Positions 1 through 8,882 of a stretch of 64,000 nucleotides of DNA are shown here, in pieces (within the stretch, counting starts at the first letter, position 1; every line of letters starts with the position of its first letter). Both the position numbers and the translations under genes were made by a program. The stretch spans positions 2,760,434 to 2,824,433 of the forward strand of contig OZ245840.1 of assembly GCA_965228775.1 (NCBI GenBank). The letters are read 5' to 3'. Origin of the DNA: Alphaproteobacteria bacterium. Its GTDB lineage: Bacteria; Pseudomonadota; Alphaproteobacteria; JANQMY01. Under the pieces are notes generated by a model. It had not been told where the DNA came from. It made no database searches and saw only the letters and a list, made by a program, of their open reading frames with translations.

Positions 1-5
1 ATTGC

Positions 6-83
6 CTACATTATGGTCGCGACGGTCACTCCGATTGTGGCCATCGAGATGCCGAAAATGGCAGTGTTGAAAATGTTGATCAT
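6..83 (-). CDS. Possible 25-aa hydrophobic peptide (MINIFNTAIFGISMATIGVTVATIM) with a strong AAAGGAG ribosome-binding site
   Basis: Translated by hand from the minus strand. ATG at 81-83 lies 7 nt after AAAGGAG, with a stop at 6-8. Too short for the ORF track; may be a leader or small membrane peptide. Confidence 0.2.
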   Translation of the reverse strand: MINIFNTAIFGISMATIGVTVATIM

Positions 84-210
84 TTCAATGTCTCCTTTCA
101 CTTCTGGTGTTCACCGTTGACACTATTGATATAGGAAGCCGGCGGTATAGTTAAAGCTATTGTATTTCATTATTTTAATAGCTTAGAGCTATTGATACCC
201 CTTCTCCAAA

Positions 211-504
211 TCAGTCAAAGTCAAAGATTTCGCTTAAGAACTCGGCGGCACTGCTCTTCTTCCGGCGTCCTCGCCGATGATCGTGGTCATCGTCATAACG
301 GTCGCGGGAGCGCCGTTCCGGCGCACTGTAGCGCGGCATATCCCGGCCACCGCCACGGCCCGGACCCTCCATGGACCGCTCGATGATTTTGTCCAGCTCG
401 CCACGATCCAGCCAGACACCGCGGCATTCCGGGCAATAGTCTATTTCAACACCTTGCCGGTCGGTAATGACCAATTGAGCGTCAGGGCAAGTCGGGCATC
501 TCAT
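211..504 (-). CDS. Zinc-ribbon (zf-TFIIB-like) domain protein with an Arg/Asp-rich disordered tail
   Basis: 97-aa ORF with the CPxC...CPxC pattern (MRCPTCPD...YCPECRGVWLDRGELD) typical of TFIIB-type zinc-ribbon bacterial proteins. Confidence 0.6.
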   Translation of the reverse strand: MRCPTCPDAQLVITDRQGVEIDYCPECRGVWLDRGELDKIIERSMEGPGRGGGRDMPRYSAPERRSRDRYDDDHDHRRGRRKKSSAAEFLSEIFDFD

Positions 505-593
505 AAAACGGTTCTCCTAAGGGACTGGCTGGCAGGCATGGAAAGTGACACAGAGAATATTCACCCTCTGTGTGCTGAATTTAGACAAGCGTA

Positions 594-776
594 TTAGACG
601 GTGATATCGATAAAACGGCCGAGATCGCGATCATTCGGTTTTTGGGCCGTCTCTGTTTTTTCGACCTTTTCAACCGCTGGCACGGGCGTGGACAGATCCA
701 AGTCCTGGCGCGTTACCACGGGGGCCGCACGCGCGATTGGCTGACCAACCTGAGTTCCCACTGTGGTAATTCTCAT
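594..776 (-). CDS. Small hypothetical protein (about 60 aa), probably co-transcribed with the zinc-ribbon gene
   Basis: The internal ATG (M12 of the 71-aa track ORF) is preceded by AGGAG at 8 nt spacing. Same strand, immediately upstream of 211-504. Confidence 0.3.
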   Translation of the reverse strand: MRITTVGTQVGQPIARAAPVVTRQDLDLSTPVPAVEKVEKTETAQKPNDRDLGRFIDITV

Positions 777-952
777 CACATAGCTCCTAAAGGCATGATC
801 AATTTTCATGGCTTTACGTGTCTGCTATGGAGATGGGGAGCAGAAATCGCAAAGAAAGGGGTGCGTTGGCCCCGTTTCAATCGGTGTTTCCTATTAAAGG
901 TTTATTGAGTAAGAGCGGCGGCCAATCCCCGCCGCTCCTCAGCTGCTTGGGT

Positions 953-2458
953 CTATTGACCTTGGCCCAGGGAATATCCCGGCTCATCGTCGAAGTTGAA
1001 CAGATGCTCCGTCTTGATGAAATCGATACCCGCTTCTGACAGGCGGCTCAACAAATCAAGGATCGCCTCATTGCCGATTTCCGGTGACGAGCGTGTCAGA
1101 AACCGGCAGCGCCAATGATCCGTACAGAATGTTTCCGGCAGACCGTTTGGCCAGACCTTCACACCGCGATTGGTGATCATGGACAAGAAGAAAGGCTCGC
1201 TTGCCGCTTCGCGAAGATCATCTGCGAGCGCACCGGGGGACTGGGTTGAATGGACGAATATGTCGATGCCCACCAAGTCCTTCTTGGCCGCCGGGCGCCG
1301 GACGGGCGCCGTAACCGGGATAGACGTCACAGTTGACGCCGTGGCGGCGGGGACCAGGCGTGTGGGTTCATCCCCCAAACGGTCGATCACGGCGGCTGCA
1401 AAGTCCTGCGTGCCGACCCGGAGCCGCGACACCGCCTCATCGTAAATGTCAAATGTGTGGATGCCGTCTTCGATGGTTTTCAGCCACGCGTTTTTCACCT
1501 TAGCGGCCGCCGGCCCTTGTCCCATGTGCTGCAACATCATGACACCGGCAAGCAGCAAGCCCGACGGGTTCGCAAGGTCCGCACCGGCAATGTCCGGCGC
1601 GGATCCGTGGATGGCCTCGAACATGGCGCCGTGCTCGCCGATATTCGCCGACGGCGCCAGCCCCACCGATCCGGAGATTTGCGCCGCGATATCGCTGACC
1701 ACATCTCCATAAAGGTTCGGCAGCACCACCACGTCGAACTGTTCCGGCGTATCCGCCAAGCGGGCCGCACCAATATCGATAATTTGGTGATCGTTCGCGA
1801 TTTCCGGATAGTCGGCTGCTACTTCGTCAAAGACCCGGTGGAACAAGCCATCGGTCATTTTCATGATATTGTCCTTGGTGAAGCAAGTGACCTTGCTGCG
1901 GCCATGCGCCCTGGCATAGTCGAACGCATAGCGCACGATCCGCTCGCAGCCAGGCCGGGTAATCAGTTTGAGGCACTGGAACACTTCATCCGTCTGCCGA
2001 TGTTCAATACCGGCATAAAGGTCTTCCTCGTTTTCCCGGACGATGACCATATCCATGAACGGATGCTTCGTACTGACGAACGGCGCGTAAGAAACGCAAG
2101 GGCGGATATTCGCGAAAAGACCCAGGGATTTTCGGATGGTCACGTTCAAGCTTTTGAACCCACCGCCTTGGGGCGTGCTAATGGGCGCTTTGTAAAAGAC
2201 CTTACAGTTACGCAAAGCCTCCCAGGCCGATTCCGTGATACCGGACGTGACGCCGGAACGGTAAATGCGCTCCCCCACCTCGATCGGGACAATATCCAGC
2301 TTCGCCCCCGCCGCCTCAAGAACCTTCAAGCTGGCCGTCATTATTTCAGGGCCAATGCCATTGCCATGGGCGACGGCGATTGACGTGGGTGCTTGAACCC
2401 CCGCTTGTTCCGCCAGGCTGGTCACGTCTTCCGATCTTAGCTGCACATTCATGATCAA
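953..2458 (-). CDS. icd: Isocitrate dehydrogenase, about 500-aa dimeric type with a C-terminal extension (isocitrate/isopropylmalate dehydrogenase family)
   Basis: NLYGDVVSDIAAQISGSVGLAPSANIG and GSAPDIAG motifs of the beta-decarboxylating dehydrogenase family; length and layout fit the bacterial IDH clade. Confidence 0.75.
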   Translation of the reverse strand: MIMNVQLRSEDVTSLAEQAGVQAPTSIAVAHGNGIGPEIMTASLKVLEAAGAKLDIVPIEVGERIYRSGVTSGITESAWEALRNCKVFYKAPISTPQGGGFKSLNVTIRKSLGLFANIRPCVSYAPFVSTKHPFMDMVIVRENEEDLYAGIEHRQTDEVFQCLKLITRPGCERIVRYAFDYARAHGRSKVTCFTKDNIMKMTDGLFHRVFDEVAADYPEIANDHQIIDIGAARLADTPEQFDVVVLPNLYGDVVSDIAAQISGSVGLAPSANIGEHGAMFEAIHGSAPDIAGADLANPSGLLLAGVMMLQHMGQGPAAAKVKNAWLKTIEDGIHTFDIYDEAVSRLRVGTQDFAAAVIDRLGDEPTRLVPAATASTVTSIPVTAPVRRPAAKKDLVGIDIFVHSTQSPGALADDLREAASEPFFLSMITNRGVKVWPNGLPETFCTDHWRCRFLTRSSPEIGNEAILDLLSRLSEAGIDFIKTEHLFNFDDEPGYSLGQGQ

Positions 2459-2565
2459 TCCTCCTGATAGGGTACGTCGATCATATGGATCATTTTGATC
2501 GGGAAGATAAATCGGATCTGGCAGCGCTTTTCATCGCTTTAGCCAACATTGACGGGCAGGCCCGG

Positions 2566-2871
2566 TCAGACAGTGATGCAGTCCCCAGCGGATATCGGAC
2601 CTTCAATAGGCCGTGAGCGTTGCAGATCCCGCCGTTTACCATCCATGTCAAGCGCGGCCGGCACCCAATCTTCACAGACAACATTAGGCCGGTCTTCATC
2701 CGTCCTCTGATCTTGCGGTTTCTTCCGGTCATCCGCTGCCGCAAAGGCTTGTCCGATCCAAAGCGCCGATATGAGAAGCGTCAGAACACCAATCGTTATG
2801 GGCCCCCGGCGGTCCGGTTTTGGCTTTGCGACGGCAATTGCACGCTGTGTTTTCGTGGATTTCATGGTCAC
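2566..2871 (-). CDS. Hypothetical membrane-anchored protein (N-terminal TM helix, charged C-terminus)
   Basis: GGAGGAGG lies 7 nt upstream of the ATG at 2871. Hydrophobic segment ITIGVLTLLISALWIGQAFAAA. Confidence 0.45.
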   Translation of the reverse strand: MTMKSTKTQRAIAVAKPKPDRRGPITIGVLTLLISALWIGQAFAAADDRKKPQDQRTDEDRPNVVCEDWVPAALDMDGKRRDLQRSRPIEGPISAGDCITV

Positions 2872-3031
2872 CTCCTCCTTGAGCCTGCCCCGTAAATTGG
2901 CAAGGAATTCGAAATCTCAACACGCATCGCGGTTTCCTATTGAAATGTGTGACCTATCCGATTGGCGGGGCGCCCCTATCGACCCCAATTCCCTCACAGT
3001 TAAGCACACGCCCCTCGGGAGGAATGACAAG

Positions 3032-3829
3032 ATGGTCTGGCGATTTCTGAAACATTTTGGCGCCAATAAAGCGGCCAACATATTGGATGATTTCGCAGGT
3101 GCCGTGGTGGCCTTCGACCCTGAAACCGCGAGCCAGACGCAAATCGCCATGATGGAAGAAGAATTGGACCGGCTCGGGCTCCGGCTGTCCGAGGCGGAGG
3201 CGGAGGTGCGCCGCGAACGCGAAGAAACCATTGAGATCGAACACAAATATAACAAGTATCTGGACGCAGCCGGCGTCCTGGAATCGCAGCTGACCGCGGC
3301 GCCAGGTCAAGAAGAGGCCGCGCGGATTGAAACCAGCCTTGGCCGCATCGTCACCCGGCTGGAAGAATTGAAGCCAGAGATCGAGCGCGAGAAACGAGAA
3401 GACCAGGAAGTGGAAGCCTGGAGCCGCGAGCTGCGCTCCGCTTTTGAAGAACTGGCCGCGAAACTGCGTACGGCCCATAAGGACCTTACATCCGCACGCA
3501 GACAAATGGAGATGGCGCAGCTTCAGCGCGACCGCGCACGGGAAGCCAATCGCCGTGCCAAGGAAGCGGCGGGCATGGTCAATTCGATGAATGCCATGAG
3601 CGTGGCCCTTGATAAGATGAACCAGGAAACCAACCGCGCCCGCGCGGAAGCCGAAACCCTAAAGCTTAAGGCGGACTTGTTCCGGACCGATCAGCTGGAT
3701 GACGACCCGCATATCGCCATGGCGTTGTCGAAAGCCAATGCGAACCAGCCATCCGGTGGCGGCTCTCTTTCGGACCGGTTGGCTGCGTTGAAACAGAAGC
3801 CGCCGGCCAAACGGCTGACGGCCGCATAA
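3032..3829 (+). CDS. PspA/IM30-family (phage-shock protein A-like) coiled-coil protein
   Basis: The track ORF 2771-3829 overlaps the upstream gene. The internal ATG at 3032 has GGGAGG 10 nt upstream. The sequence is long heptad-rich coiled coil (EEELDRLGLRLSEAEAEVRREREE...) with a PspA-like N-terminus. Confidence 0.55.
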   Translation: MVWRFLKHFGANKAANILDDFAGAVVAFDPETASQTQIAMMEEELDRLGLRLSEAEAEVRREREETIEIEHKYNKYLDAAGVLESQLTAAPGQEEAARIETSLGRIVTRLEELKPEIEREKREDQEVEAWSRELRSAFEELAAKLRTAHKDLTSARRQMEMAQLQRDRAREANRRAKEAAGMVNSMNAMSVALDKMNQETNRARAEAETLKLKADLFRTDQLDDDPHIAMALSKANANQPSGGGSLSDRLAALKQKPPAKRLTAA

Positions 3830-3977
3830 GGAATTTCACGAGGTCCCCGACACGAGGTTCAAAGTCTCCCCACTTTCCCTCGTGCCCCCGGCGGCACTGG
3901 CCCCTCCCCCCGAGCCTGGCCAGGCCGCCGGACTCTTTTCCGGCTTCGGCCAAACTCGGCTCGTTCATAAGAGCGGG

Positions 3978-4337
3978 CTAGGACGTCTCCTGCGGGATCG
4001 CGTGATAGTCGCGGTAATAGGCGATCTTCCCGCCCCGCACTTTATAGACGCCCACACCTTCGAACCGCCGTCCGTCCGCATAGACCGCCACCCATTTCGC
4101 CCAGGCCGTTTCGTCGTCGCCTTCAATTTGCTGCACGTCGAAATGAATCCCACGTTTGGGCAGCTCTTCCGCCATTTGCGTCATAAAAGCGGTGATGGCT
4201 TCTTTGCCGTGGAATGACCCCACCGCTTCGTCTTCCGCCACGGCATCATCCGTGAACAGATCAACAAGGCTCACATAGTCTCTGGAATCTTGCTTGTCCC
4301 AAAAAGCTTTGACCGCGTCATAGGCTGCACCTGGCAT
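3978..4337 (-). CDS. SnoaL-like / NTF2-fold (ketosteroid isomerase-like) protein
   Basis: 119 aa, alpha+beta cone signature (FTDDAV...GKEAITAFM...). The size and pattern are typical of SnoaL_2 family proteins. Confidence 0.55.
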   Translation of the reverse strand: MPGAAYDAVKAFWDKQDSRDYVSLVDLFTDDAVAEDEAVGSFHGKEAITAFMTQMAEELPKRGIHFDVQQIEGDDETAWAKWVAVYADGRRFEGVGVYKVRGGKIAYYRDYHAIPQETS

Positions 4338-4380
4338 GGTTTCCTCACATGTTCCATTTAAGAGTAAGTATGGGCTGCTG

Positions 4381-5292
4381 TTAGAGCAACGACCCTAGCA
4401 GATCTCTGGTCCGCGCACGCTCTTCTTTACTGGGTGCGAATTCCGACGCGGCAAAATCTGTCACACCCACATCAGCCAATTCCGCAAGACCGTCCCGCAC
4501 CTGCGCCTCGTCTCCGGCAATCACCAGATCGCCCGGACCGGAAACACCTTCGCGCTCGAACATGGCCTGATAGGACGGCAAAGACACATAGTTCGACAAT
4601 TCTTTCGAGGCCAGCGCGCGCACGTCATCCGGTTTGTCCGTCACGCAGATCGGCAGCGTCGCGATGATGCGGGGCAGGGGGCGCCCGGCCGCACTGGCGG
4701 CATCGCGGATCGTGGGCACGATATGATCGCGGATGGTGCGCGGGCCCACCCAGGCAAGAGTGGTCCCATCCGCCAGCCGGCCCGCAACGCGCAGCGCTTG
4801 TGGACCAAGGGCCGCCACCACCACCGAACATCTCGCGTCCGGCTTTTTGAACAGCGTGGCCGTGCAGGAGATTTCCTCGCCCTGGAAGTCCACAGTGCCG
4901 TCTTCCAACAGCGGCACAAGCACCGACAAATATTCCTTCAGATGACGGATGGGTTTGCCGTATTCGAGGCCAAGCGGCGCCAGCATGGATTGGTGGGAAA
5001 GGCCAATGCCGAGGGTCAGGCGCCCGCCGATCGTATCATTTGTGGTCAGCGCTTGACCCGCCAGCACCATGGGGTGCCGGGGGTAGGTGGGGATCACCGC
5101 CGTGCCAAGCTCTATGCCGGGCGTGGTTTGCCCCGCCAAGGCCAGCACGGTGAGGGCATCAAACCCGCCGGTAATGTGTTCCGCCAGCCAGTAGCTGGCA
5201 AACCCGTCCGCCGCCGCCCTGGCCACATCGTCCGCCACCCGGTCGGGCGATGCAAACCGGACCAATCCGGTACCGTTGATACCTATTTTCAT
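4381..5292 (-). CDS. LLM-class (luciferase-like) flavin/F420-dependent oxidoreductase
   Basis: 303-aa TIM-barrel luciferase-like pattern (MKIGINGTG..., ...GVTDFAASEF...). Confidence 0.7.
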   Translation of the reverse strand: MKIGINGTGLVRFASPDRVADDVARAAADGFASYWLAEHITGGFDALTVLALAGQTTPGIELGTAVIPTYPRHPMVLAGQALTTNDTIGGRLTLGIGLSHQSMLAPLGLEYGKPIRHLKEYLSVLVPLLEDGTVDFQGEEISCTATLFKKPDARCSVVVAALGPQALRVAGRLADGTTLAWVGPRTIRDHIVPTIRDAASAAGRPLPRIIATLPICVTDKPDDVRALASKELSNYVSLPSYQAMFEREGVSGPGDLVIAGDEAQVRDGLAELADVGVTDFAASEFAPSKEERARTRDLLGSLL

Positions 5293-5385
5293 GGGACCTC
5301 TGAGGTGCTGAGATTTTTAGGGAGCTTACCCTATTCGGCCGCACGAGGGATCGCCGAATTCTGAGACCAACCCAAGGGCGAAACT

Positions 5386-5455
5386 TTACGTAAAACGTAA
5401 CTTTTTAGGCGATTTTTATTCATTCGTTGTTCGTATGTAACGCCTATGCTACACT
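5386..5455 (+). promoter_or_regulatory. Palindromic operator (TTACGTAA at 5386-5393, repeated ACGTAA at 5395-5400) plus a sigma70-like promoter (-35 TTGTTC 5427-5432, 17-nt spacer, -10 TACACT 5450-5455)
   Basis: Seen directly: perfect palindrome TTACGTAA followed by an ACGTAA half-site, then a well-spaced -35/-10 pair immediately upstream of the HTH gene. Confidence 0.35.
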
Positions 5456-5491
5456 TTAGGTTTGAGGTGGACAAACACTCGGAGTCGCGAA

Positions 5492-6781
5492 ATGGACTCA
5501 TCATCAGAGCAGAATATGGAGCAGCCTGTTCATGATGCCTCACTCGCTGAGATTCAGGAAGAGACCATTCCTGTCAAAGAATACTTGGCCCGCGAGATGC
5601 TCCGGAAGGGTTTGAAGAAAAGGGAATTGGCCGACGAACTGGGGATCCACCGCCAGACACTCTACAACATCTTATCCGGCAACCGGCGCATCAGTTACAA
5701 GGTGGCGCTCAAGCTTTCTAAGCGCTTCGAGGAACCCGCCGACTTCTGGATGAAGGAAAATGTACGGGTCGCCAGTGGCCCATTAGAGCCAACAAGTGAG
5801 CCGAGAAAAGATAATGCCGCGCAGACGCTCGAGCTTGCCTCGTCGAAACCCATATCAACGTCTCCCCAGATCTTGGTGGATTTTGAGATCGAGGAGGTAA
5901 TAGAAAAAGGCCTTATTCATATCGACCCTTTTGATCCCTCGAACGTCAAGTCAGCCTCTATGGATCTGACGGTTGGGCTTCTGACCCAAAAGCCATTCGA
6001 TGGTGACGATGACCATAAACAAAGTACGGGAAACACCGTCTCACTTAAATCCCAAGAGTCGATCAATATCGTCGTGAAAGAACGCGTGCGGTTTGGAAAG
6101 GACTATTTGGCCCGTGTCGGCCAAATCACTCACAATGCGGCCCGTGGATTGCTCGTGATGCACGGCATCCAAATTGATCCAGGCTATGCGGGCTCATTAC
6201 ACATTCGGGCGGTCAATTTGACCCCGGAAAAGATCTCGATTTCGGTTGGGGACCCCATTCTAAGCCTTGAGATTGTTCGTCTCAGCAAGACCCCTCGAGA
6301 AGCATTTCAGAACCATGAACTGGACAGTATTGAAGGACTTGCCCACAGGATCGAAGAAGCACTGCGTGGTCTTTTTGATGTGACCAAGGGCCCGGACAAT
6401 ACCCTCGCCGCGAGTTGGCCCGAAGCAGAAATCTATACCGATGGCGGAACCAAGATCCAGGCTTTGGATAAGGCGATAAAGACCGTGTGCCGTGAACTTG
6501 AAGGCCTCAAAAAGGATTCGCCGTACATTACAGACGTTATCCGCGCGGAGGTCGCCAAGCGGGCTGGCGAGCTGGTAATAACTGAAGACGATGTTTACAC
6601 GCTGGCTCGCAAAGCTGGCGTACATATTGGACCGAAACTCGACATCGCGATTGCACCTTATACGCAGAACGAAGCCGAATGGCAGCCGCTTGGGCCTACC
6701 TGCCGGCGGCTTGGCCTCAATCTCAACCGAGTGATCCTCGCTTATCTTGGCCGGGAGTCTTGGGCGAATGTCCGAACGTAG
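5492..6781 (+). CDS. Fusion protein: HigA-type XRE helix-turn-helix (HTH) N-terminus, dCTP-deaminase/dUTPase-fold central domain, and an unknown C-terminal domain of about 130 aa
   Basis: HTH: EYLAREMLRKGLKKRELADELGIHRQTLYNILSGNRRISYKVALKLSKRFEEPADFWMK (HigA/VapI antidote pattern). Central region aligns by eye to Dcd motifs (HIDPFDPSNVKSASMDLTVG versus the Dcd N-terminal motif; LVMHGIQIDPGYAGSLHIRAVNL versus Dcd [21 protein letters not shown]). Start ATG at 5492 has GGAG 7 nt upstream; the track start at 5462 would sit inside the -10 box. Coding GC is lower than in neighbouring genes. Confidence 0.75.
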   Translation: MDSSSEQNMEQPVHDASLAEIQEETIPVKEYLAREMLRKGLKKRELADELGIHRQTLYNILSGNRRISYKVALKLSKRFEEPADFWMKENVRVASGPLEPTSEPRKDNAAQTLELASSKPISTSPQILVDFEIEEVIEKGLIHIDPFDPSNVKSASMDLTVGLLTQKPFDGDDDHKQSTGNTVSLKSQESINIVVKERVRFGKDYLARVGQITHNAARGLLVMHGIQIDPGYAGSLHIRAVNLTPEKISISVGDPILSLEIVRLSKTPREAFQNHELDSIEGLAHRIEEALRGLFDVTKGPDNTLAASWPEAEIYTDGGTKIQALDKAIKTVCRELEGLKKDSPYITDVIRAEVAKRAGELVITEDDVYTLARKAGVHIGPKLDIAIAPYTQNEAEWQPLGPTCRRLGLNLNRVILAYLGRESWANVRT

Positions 6782-6828
6782 TCCCAGGCCACCCATAGCC
6801 GGGATATTTCTACATTTTTAAAAGTTAC

Positions 6829-6856
6829 GTCACATGTTGACAATGTGACTTTTTTT
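6829..6856 (+). terminator. Rho-independent terminator (GTCACAT-loop-ATGTGAC followed by TTTTTTT)
   Basis: Seen in sequence 48 nt after the stop of the 5492-6781 gene. Confidence 0.55.
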
Positions 6857-7024
6857 GTTGCACCCAGTTCCTGAGTCGGCTACCCTATAAGTAAGGAGGC
6901 TTGACGGCGTACGCGGCCATGCCGGGGCGCCAATCGGGGACCACCAACAAAACCAAAAATAGCGGATCATCGAAAAGATAGCCTCTCCAGATTCTGAAGT
7001 GCGTGTCACAACTGGAGGCTCGTC

Positions 7025-7267
7025 ATGGTCACACTTCTGATGGCTTTACTTCTTGCACTGGTCGCGGCGCTGGTTTTTGCCGTCGCCCCACAACAAGCAT
7101 TGGATGCCGCGTATGCGGTCGGCGCTTTCTTTGAACCAATCGCATTCGAAACAATGTCCTTTCTCACATCAATGCCAGATTGGCCGTGGCCAATAATCCT
7201 TACAGCCACGTCGACAATCGCAGCGGTCCTTACGCTTCTGCTGGAACTCGTCCGCTTCATGCGGTAG
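7025..7267 (+). CDS. Small two-TM membrane protein, hypothetical
   Basis: GGAGG 8 nt upstream of the ATG. 80 aa with two hydrophobic helices. Confidence 0.45.
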   Translation: MVTLLMALLLALVAALVFAVAPQQALDAAYAVGAFFEPIAFETMSFLTSMPDWPWPIILTATSTIAAVLTLLLELVRFMR

Positions 7268-7456
7268 CAGAGCTGACCTCAAGCATGTCGCCACCGCCAA
7301 CACGCCAGCCGCAAATTGCAAAATTGCATCGCCATGGCAGAGATGTTGAAGCGGTCACAGCCGAATAACAGCGCGCTGCGCGTTTAGGCTTTGGTGTCCA
7401 ACACGGATCACCCCTACCATGCGGGCCAAAACACAATCAAAAAAGGAAGCTGCCCT

Positions 7457-8311
7457 ATGAGTTACGGCCTGATGATCCCCGCCGATTTTTTCACCACCCC
7501 GCAATTGATCGAAATTGCTCAGCAGGCAGAAAAATGTGGCTTTGACAATCTTTGGACATCGGAAATGTTCGGGCGCGATCCCTTCATCACCTGCGCCACG
7601 CTTATCCAGGCCACCAGCACCATTCATGTGGGCACCGCAATCACCAATGTTTATGCGCGCGACGAACGCGCCATCAAGGCCGCCGCCTATTCCTTGTCGG
7701 ACGTGTCCGGCAACCGCTTTGAGCTGGGCTTGGGCGTGTCCAACAAGATGGGCAATGACCAGCGCGGCTTGCCTTGGCTGCCGCCGGTCAAGAAAATGAA
7801 TGCTTTCCTAGACCGTTATGAAAGCACCGACATCATGTTCGAGAACAATGCCGTCGTGCCCAAATATCTCGCCGCCCATGGCCCCAAACTGATGGAGCTT
7901 GCAGGCAAACGCCTTGACGGCGCCTATATTTACATGATGCCGGTGGCCTATTCACGCCAATCCAAGGACCGCATCGGCACGAAGAAACTGCATTTGATGC
8001 AGCCGACGGTTTTCGAAACCGACCCGGCCCTGGCCCGCGAACATGCGCGCCGCGCCGTGTCCATCTATATGCCGCTGGAAAATTATCACCGGGCCTGGCG
8101 CGAAGGCGGCTTTGCCGATGAGGATTTCGCCGATGGCGGCAGCGACAGTTTTATTGACGATCTGATTGCCTGGGGCGATCAAGACAAGATCCTGGAACGC
8201 TACGCCCTGCAGCGGAAAAACGGCGTGGACCAGATCATCATCGGCACGGCCAATTTGAACCTGGCCGATCCGGATACGTGGCAGAAGCTTGGGTCATTAA
8301 TTAAGGGCTGA
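7457..8311 (+). CDS. LLM-class flavin-dependent oxidoreductase (luciferase-like monooxygenase family)
   Basis: AAGGAAG lies upstream of the ATG at 7457 (MSYGLMIPADFF...). Luciferase-like TIM-barrel pattern. Confidence 0.7.
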   Translation: MSYGLMIPADFFTTPQLIEIAQQAEKCGFDNLWTSEMFGRDPFITCATLIQATSTIHVGTAITNVYARDERAIKAAAYSLSDVSGNRFELGLGVSNKMGNDQRGLPWLPPVKKMNAFLDRYESTDIMFENNAVVPKYLAAHGPKLMELAGKRLDGAYIYMMPVAYSRQSKDRIGTKKLHLMQPTVFETDPALAREHARRAVSIYMPLENYHRAWREGGFADEDFADGGSDSFIDDLIAWGDQDKILERYALQRKNGVDQIIIGTANLNLADPDTWQKLGSLIKG

Positions 8312-8379
8312 ATGTCGCCCGCCATCAAGAGTAATTTCAAAAAGGTCTGACCCTTTTGAAATTAGGTGGGTGTCATGAC

Positions 8380-8799
8380 CTATATTTTTTCGATCGTAAA
8401 CGTCGGAATTTGGCGCGGCGCGGCGGTTTTGACGTAACCCGCGAACTGTTCATTTTGTTCGGCCATCTGTGCAACGCGTTTGGCCGCATCCGCCTCCAGC
8501 GCTTCAACGATCCGGCCACGGAAGGTTTCTTCCGCAAGCTCAACCGTAATCTCCGGATTGGCGCGCACATTGTGGACCCATGTGGGATGCTTCTGCGCAC
8601 CCGCATTGGATCCGAACACGCGGCGCGTACCGTCGTCTTCGACGATCAGAACCAGCGGCACTTCCAGCAGGCGCCCGGTCTTCGCGCCGATTGTGTGCAG
8701 AATGACCACGGGCAGGCCGCCAAATTGAGCCACTTTGCCATTATTGGCGCGGAATTCAGCGATGACTTGAGCGTTGAGCGTTTTCCAATCCATGGGCAT
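8380..8799 (-). CDS. Nitroreductase-family deazaflavin-dependent oxidoreductase (DUF385 / PNPOx-like split barrel)
   Basis: Pattern FGGLPVVILHTIGAKTGR...VEDDGTRRVFGSNAGAQKHPTWVHNVRANP is typical of DUF385. AAAGGA lies upstream of the internal ATG. Confidence 0.65.
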   Translation of the reverse strand: MPMDWKTLNAQVIAEFRANNGKVAQFGGLPVVILHTIGAKTGRLLEVPLVLIVEDDGTRRVFGSNAGAQKHPTWVHNVRANPEITVELAEETFRGRIVEALEADAAKRVAQMAEQNEQFAGYVKTAAPRQIPTFTIEKI

Positions 8800-8882
8800 G
8801 TCCTTTAAATCTTTTTGAAAATGCATAGCGCGGATCGCATGGCCATGCCAATTCCAAACTGAACGCCCGCTAGATTTCGTGC

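Noticed and set aside
1457-2383. 308-aa plus-strand ORF opposite the isocitrate dehydrogenase gene
   Set aside because: It lies entirely antisense within a well-supported conserved gene; its Arg-rich composition is typical of GC-rich antisense frames.
2771-3829. 352-aa start for the PspA-like gene
   Set aside because: The upstream 87 codons overlap the convergent membrane-protein gene and lack a ribosome-binding site. The ATG at 3032 has GGGAGG.
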